This document shows, one piece after another, positions 34,001 to 37,018 of a stretch of DNA of 37,018 nt (positions are counted from its first letter, which is position 1; every line of letters begins with the position of its first letter). The DNA is taken from the NCBI GenBank assembly GCA_900617105.1, contig UYFQ01000564.1:1-37018 (forward strand), in the 5' to 3' direction. Made by a program: the position numbers and the translations under genes. The DNA comes from Hydrurus foetidus. Lineage: Eukaryota. Under the pieces are notes generated by a model. That model was not told where the DNA came from. It worked only from the letters and a program-made list of their open reading frames with translations, and ran no database searches.

Positions 34001-37000
34001 AAAATATTAAAAAATATTATTATGCTTCAACACTTGCTGCATTCCACCATACAATTCAATTGCATTTTAATCATTGTTAGTCCACATTGACAATTTTACT
34101 ATGTGATATAAAATGTGTATTTTATTGTATGCGTAATGTTCCACCGAATTTAACCGTATTTACTGTATGATGTTTCCCCGTATCCCCTGTATGATATATT
34201 ACCGTGTAAAATATTAAAAAATATTATTATGCTTCAACACTTGCTGCATTCCACCATACAATTCAATTGCATTTTAATCATTGTTAGTCCACATTGACAA
34301 TTTTACTATGTGATATAAAATGTGTATTTTATTGTATGCGTAATGTTCCACCGAATTTAACCGTATTTACTGTATGATGTTTCCCCGTATCCCCTGTATG
34401 ATATATTACCGTGTAAAATATTAAAAAAATATTATTATGCTTCAACACTTGCTGCATTCCACCATACAATTCAATTGCATTTTAATCATTGTTAGTCCAC
34501 ATTGACAATTTTACTATGTGATATAAAATGTGTATTTTATTGTATGCGTAATGTTCCACCGAATTTAACCGTATTTACTGTATGATGTTTCCCCGTATCC
34601 CCTGTATGATATATTACCGTGTAAAATATTAAAAAAATATTATTATGCTTCAACACTTGCTGCATTCCACCATACAATTCAATTGCATTTTAATCATTGT
34701 TAGTCCACATTGACAATTTTACTATGTGATATAAAATGTGTATTTTATTGTATGCGTAATGTTCCACCGAACTTAACCGTATTTACTGTATGATGTTTCC
34801 CCGTATCCCCTGTATGATATATTACCGTGTAAAATATTAAAAAATATTATTATGCTTCAACACTTGCTGCATTCCACCATACAATTCAATTGCATTTTAA
34901 TCATTGTTAGTCCACATTGACAATTTTACTATGTGATATAAAATGTGTATTTTATTGTATGCGTAATGTTCCACCGAATTTAACCGTATTTACTGTATGA
35001 TGTTTCCCCGTATCCCTGTATGATATATTACCGTGTAAAATATTAAAAAATATTATTATGCTTCAACACTTGCTGCATTCCACCATACAATTCAATTGCA
35101 TTTTAATCATTGTTAGTCCACATTGACAATTTTACTATGTGATATAAAATGTGTATTTTATTGTATGCGTAATGTTCCACCGAATTTAACCGTATTTACT
35201 GTATGATGTTTCCCCGTATCCCCTGTATGATATATTACCGTGTAAAATATTAAAAAATATTATTATGCTTCAACACTTGCTGCATTCCACCATACAATTC
35301 AATTGCATTTTAATCATTGTTAGTCCACATTGACAATTTTACTATGTGATATAAAATGTGTATTTTATTGTATGCGTAATGTTCCACCGAACTTAACCGT
35401 ATTTACTGTATGATGTTTCCCCGTATCCCTGTATGATATATTACCGTGTAAAATATTAAAAAATATTATTATGCTTCAACACTTGCTGCATTCCACCATA
35501 CAATTCAATTGCATTTTAATCATTGTTAGTCCACATTGACAATTTTACTATGTGATATAAAATGTGTATTTTATTGTATGCGTAATGTTCCACCGAATTT
35601 AACCGTATTTACTGTATGATGTTTCCCCGTATCCCTGTATGATATATTACCGTGTAAAATATTAAAAATATTATTATGCTTCAACACTTGCTGCATTCCA
35701 CCATACAATTCAATTGCATTTTAATCATTGTTAGTCCACATTGACAATTTTACTATGTGATATAAAATGTGTATTTTATTGTATGCGTAATGTTCCACCG
35801 AATTTAACCGTATTTACTGTATGATGTTTCCCCGTATCCCCTGTATGATATATTACCGTGTAAAATATTAAAAAATATTATTATGCTTCAACACTTGCTG
35901 CATTCCACCATACAATTCAATTGCATTTTAATCATTGTTAGTCCACATTGACAATTTTACTATGTGATATAAAATGTGTATTTTATTGTATGCGTAATGT
36001 TCCACCGAATTTAACCGTATTTACTGTATGATGTTTCCCCGTATCCCTGTATGATATATTACCGTGTAAAATATTAAAAAATATTATTATGCTTCAACAC
36101 TTGCTGCATTCCACCATACAATTCAATTGCATTTTAATCATTGTTAGTCCACATTGACAATTTTACTATGTGATATAAAATGTGTATTTTATTGTATGCG
36201 TAATGTTCCACCGAATTTAACAGTATTTACTGTATGATGTTTCCCCGTATCCCTGTATGATATATTACCGTGTAAAATATTAAAAAATATTATTATGCTT
36301 CAACACTTGCTGCATTCCACCATACAATTCAATTGCATTTTAATCATTGTTAGTCCACATTGACAATTTTACTATGTGATATAAAATGTGTATTTTATTG
36401 TATGCGTAATGTTCCACCGAATTTAACCGTATTTACTGTATGATGTTTCCCCGTATCCCCTGTATGATATATTACCGTGTAAAATATTAAAAAATATTAT
36501 TATGCTTCAACACTTGCTGCATTCCACCATACAATTCAATTGCATTTTAATCATTGTTAGTCCACATTGACAATTTTACTATGTGATATAAAATGTGTAT
36601 TTTATTGTATGCGTAATGTTCCACCGAATTTAACCGTATTTACTGTATGATGTTTCCCCGTATCCCCTGTATGATATATTACCGTGTAAAATATTAAAAA
36701 ATATTATTATGCTTCAACACTTGCTGCATTCCACCATACAATTCAATTGCATTTTAATCATTGTTAGTCCACATTGACAATTTTACTATGTGATATAAAA
36801 TGTGTATTTTATTGTATGCGTAATGTTCCACCGAATTTAACCGTATTTACTGTATGATGTTTCCCCGTATCCCCTGTATGATATATTACCGTGTAAAATA
36901 TTAAAAAAATATTATTATGCTTCAACACTTGCTGCATTCCACCATACAATTCAATTGCATTTTAATCATTGTTAGTCCACATTGACAATTTTACTATGTG

Positions 37001-37018
37001 ATATAAAATGTGTATTTA
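31087..37018 (+). repeat. AT-rich satellite, 206-208-bp monomer, about 28.6 copies, running off the window end
   Basis: GATATATTACCGTGTAAAATATT recurs at 31087, 31295, 31503, 31710 and onward. Variation is almost entirely in A-run and C-run length. Confidence 0.98.

Noticed and set aside
8600..37018. CRISPR-like or rDNA/5S/snRNA/spliced-leader tandem gene array
   Set aside because: The units are identical with no unique spacers and no cas genes, and no rRNA or snRNA sequence was recognised in either repeat.

Overview
This is a eukaryotic, transposon- and satellite-dense window with no recognisable host housekeeping gene. From left to right: (1) 1-8599 is a minus-strand Ty3/Gypsy LTR retrotransposon with a chromodomain integrase (gag with zinc knuckle, PR, RT, RNase H, IN, chromodomain). 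Its reading frame is broken at four homopolymer runs, and it is inserted into the edge unit of the next feature. (2) 8600-26776 is an ~18-kb, nearly perfect tandem array of a 727-732-bp unit. Each unit is the left ~430 bp of a TIR element plus ~300 bp of GC-rich sequence. (3) The 25th left end continues into the only right TIR, giving one complete 639-bp MITE (26368-27006) flanked by an AGTC duplication. (4) The MITE appears to sit inside the left terminus of a PIF/Harbinger transposon, which has two convergent intact ORFs. (5) 30491-30946 holds two spliced exons of an HTH-containing, integrase-core-type transposase N-terminus that the ORF track largely misses. (6) 31087 to the window end is an AT-rich 206-208-bp satellite of about 28.6 copies. 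The most unusual structure is the array of 25 transposon left ends facing a single right end. Family assignments come from motif recognition by eye, not database searches.
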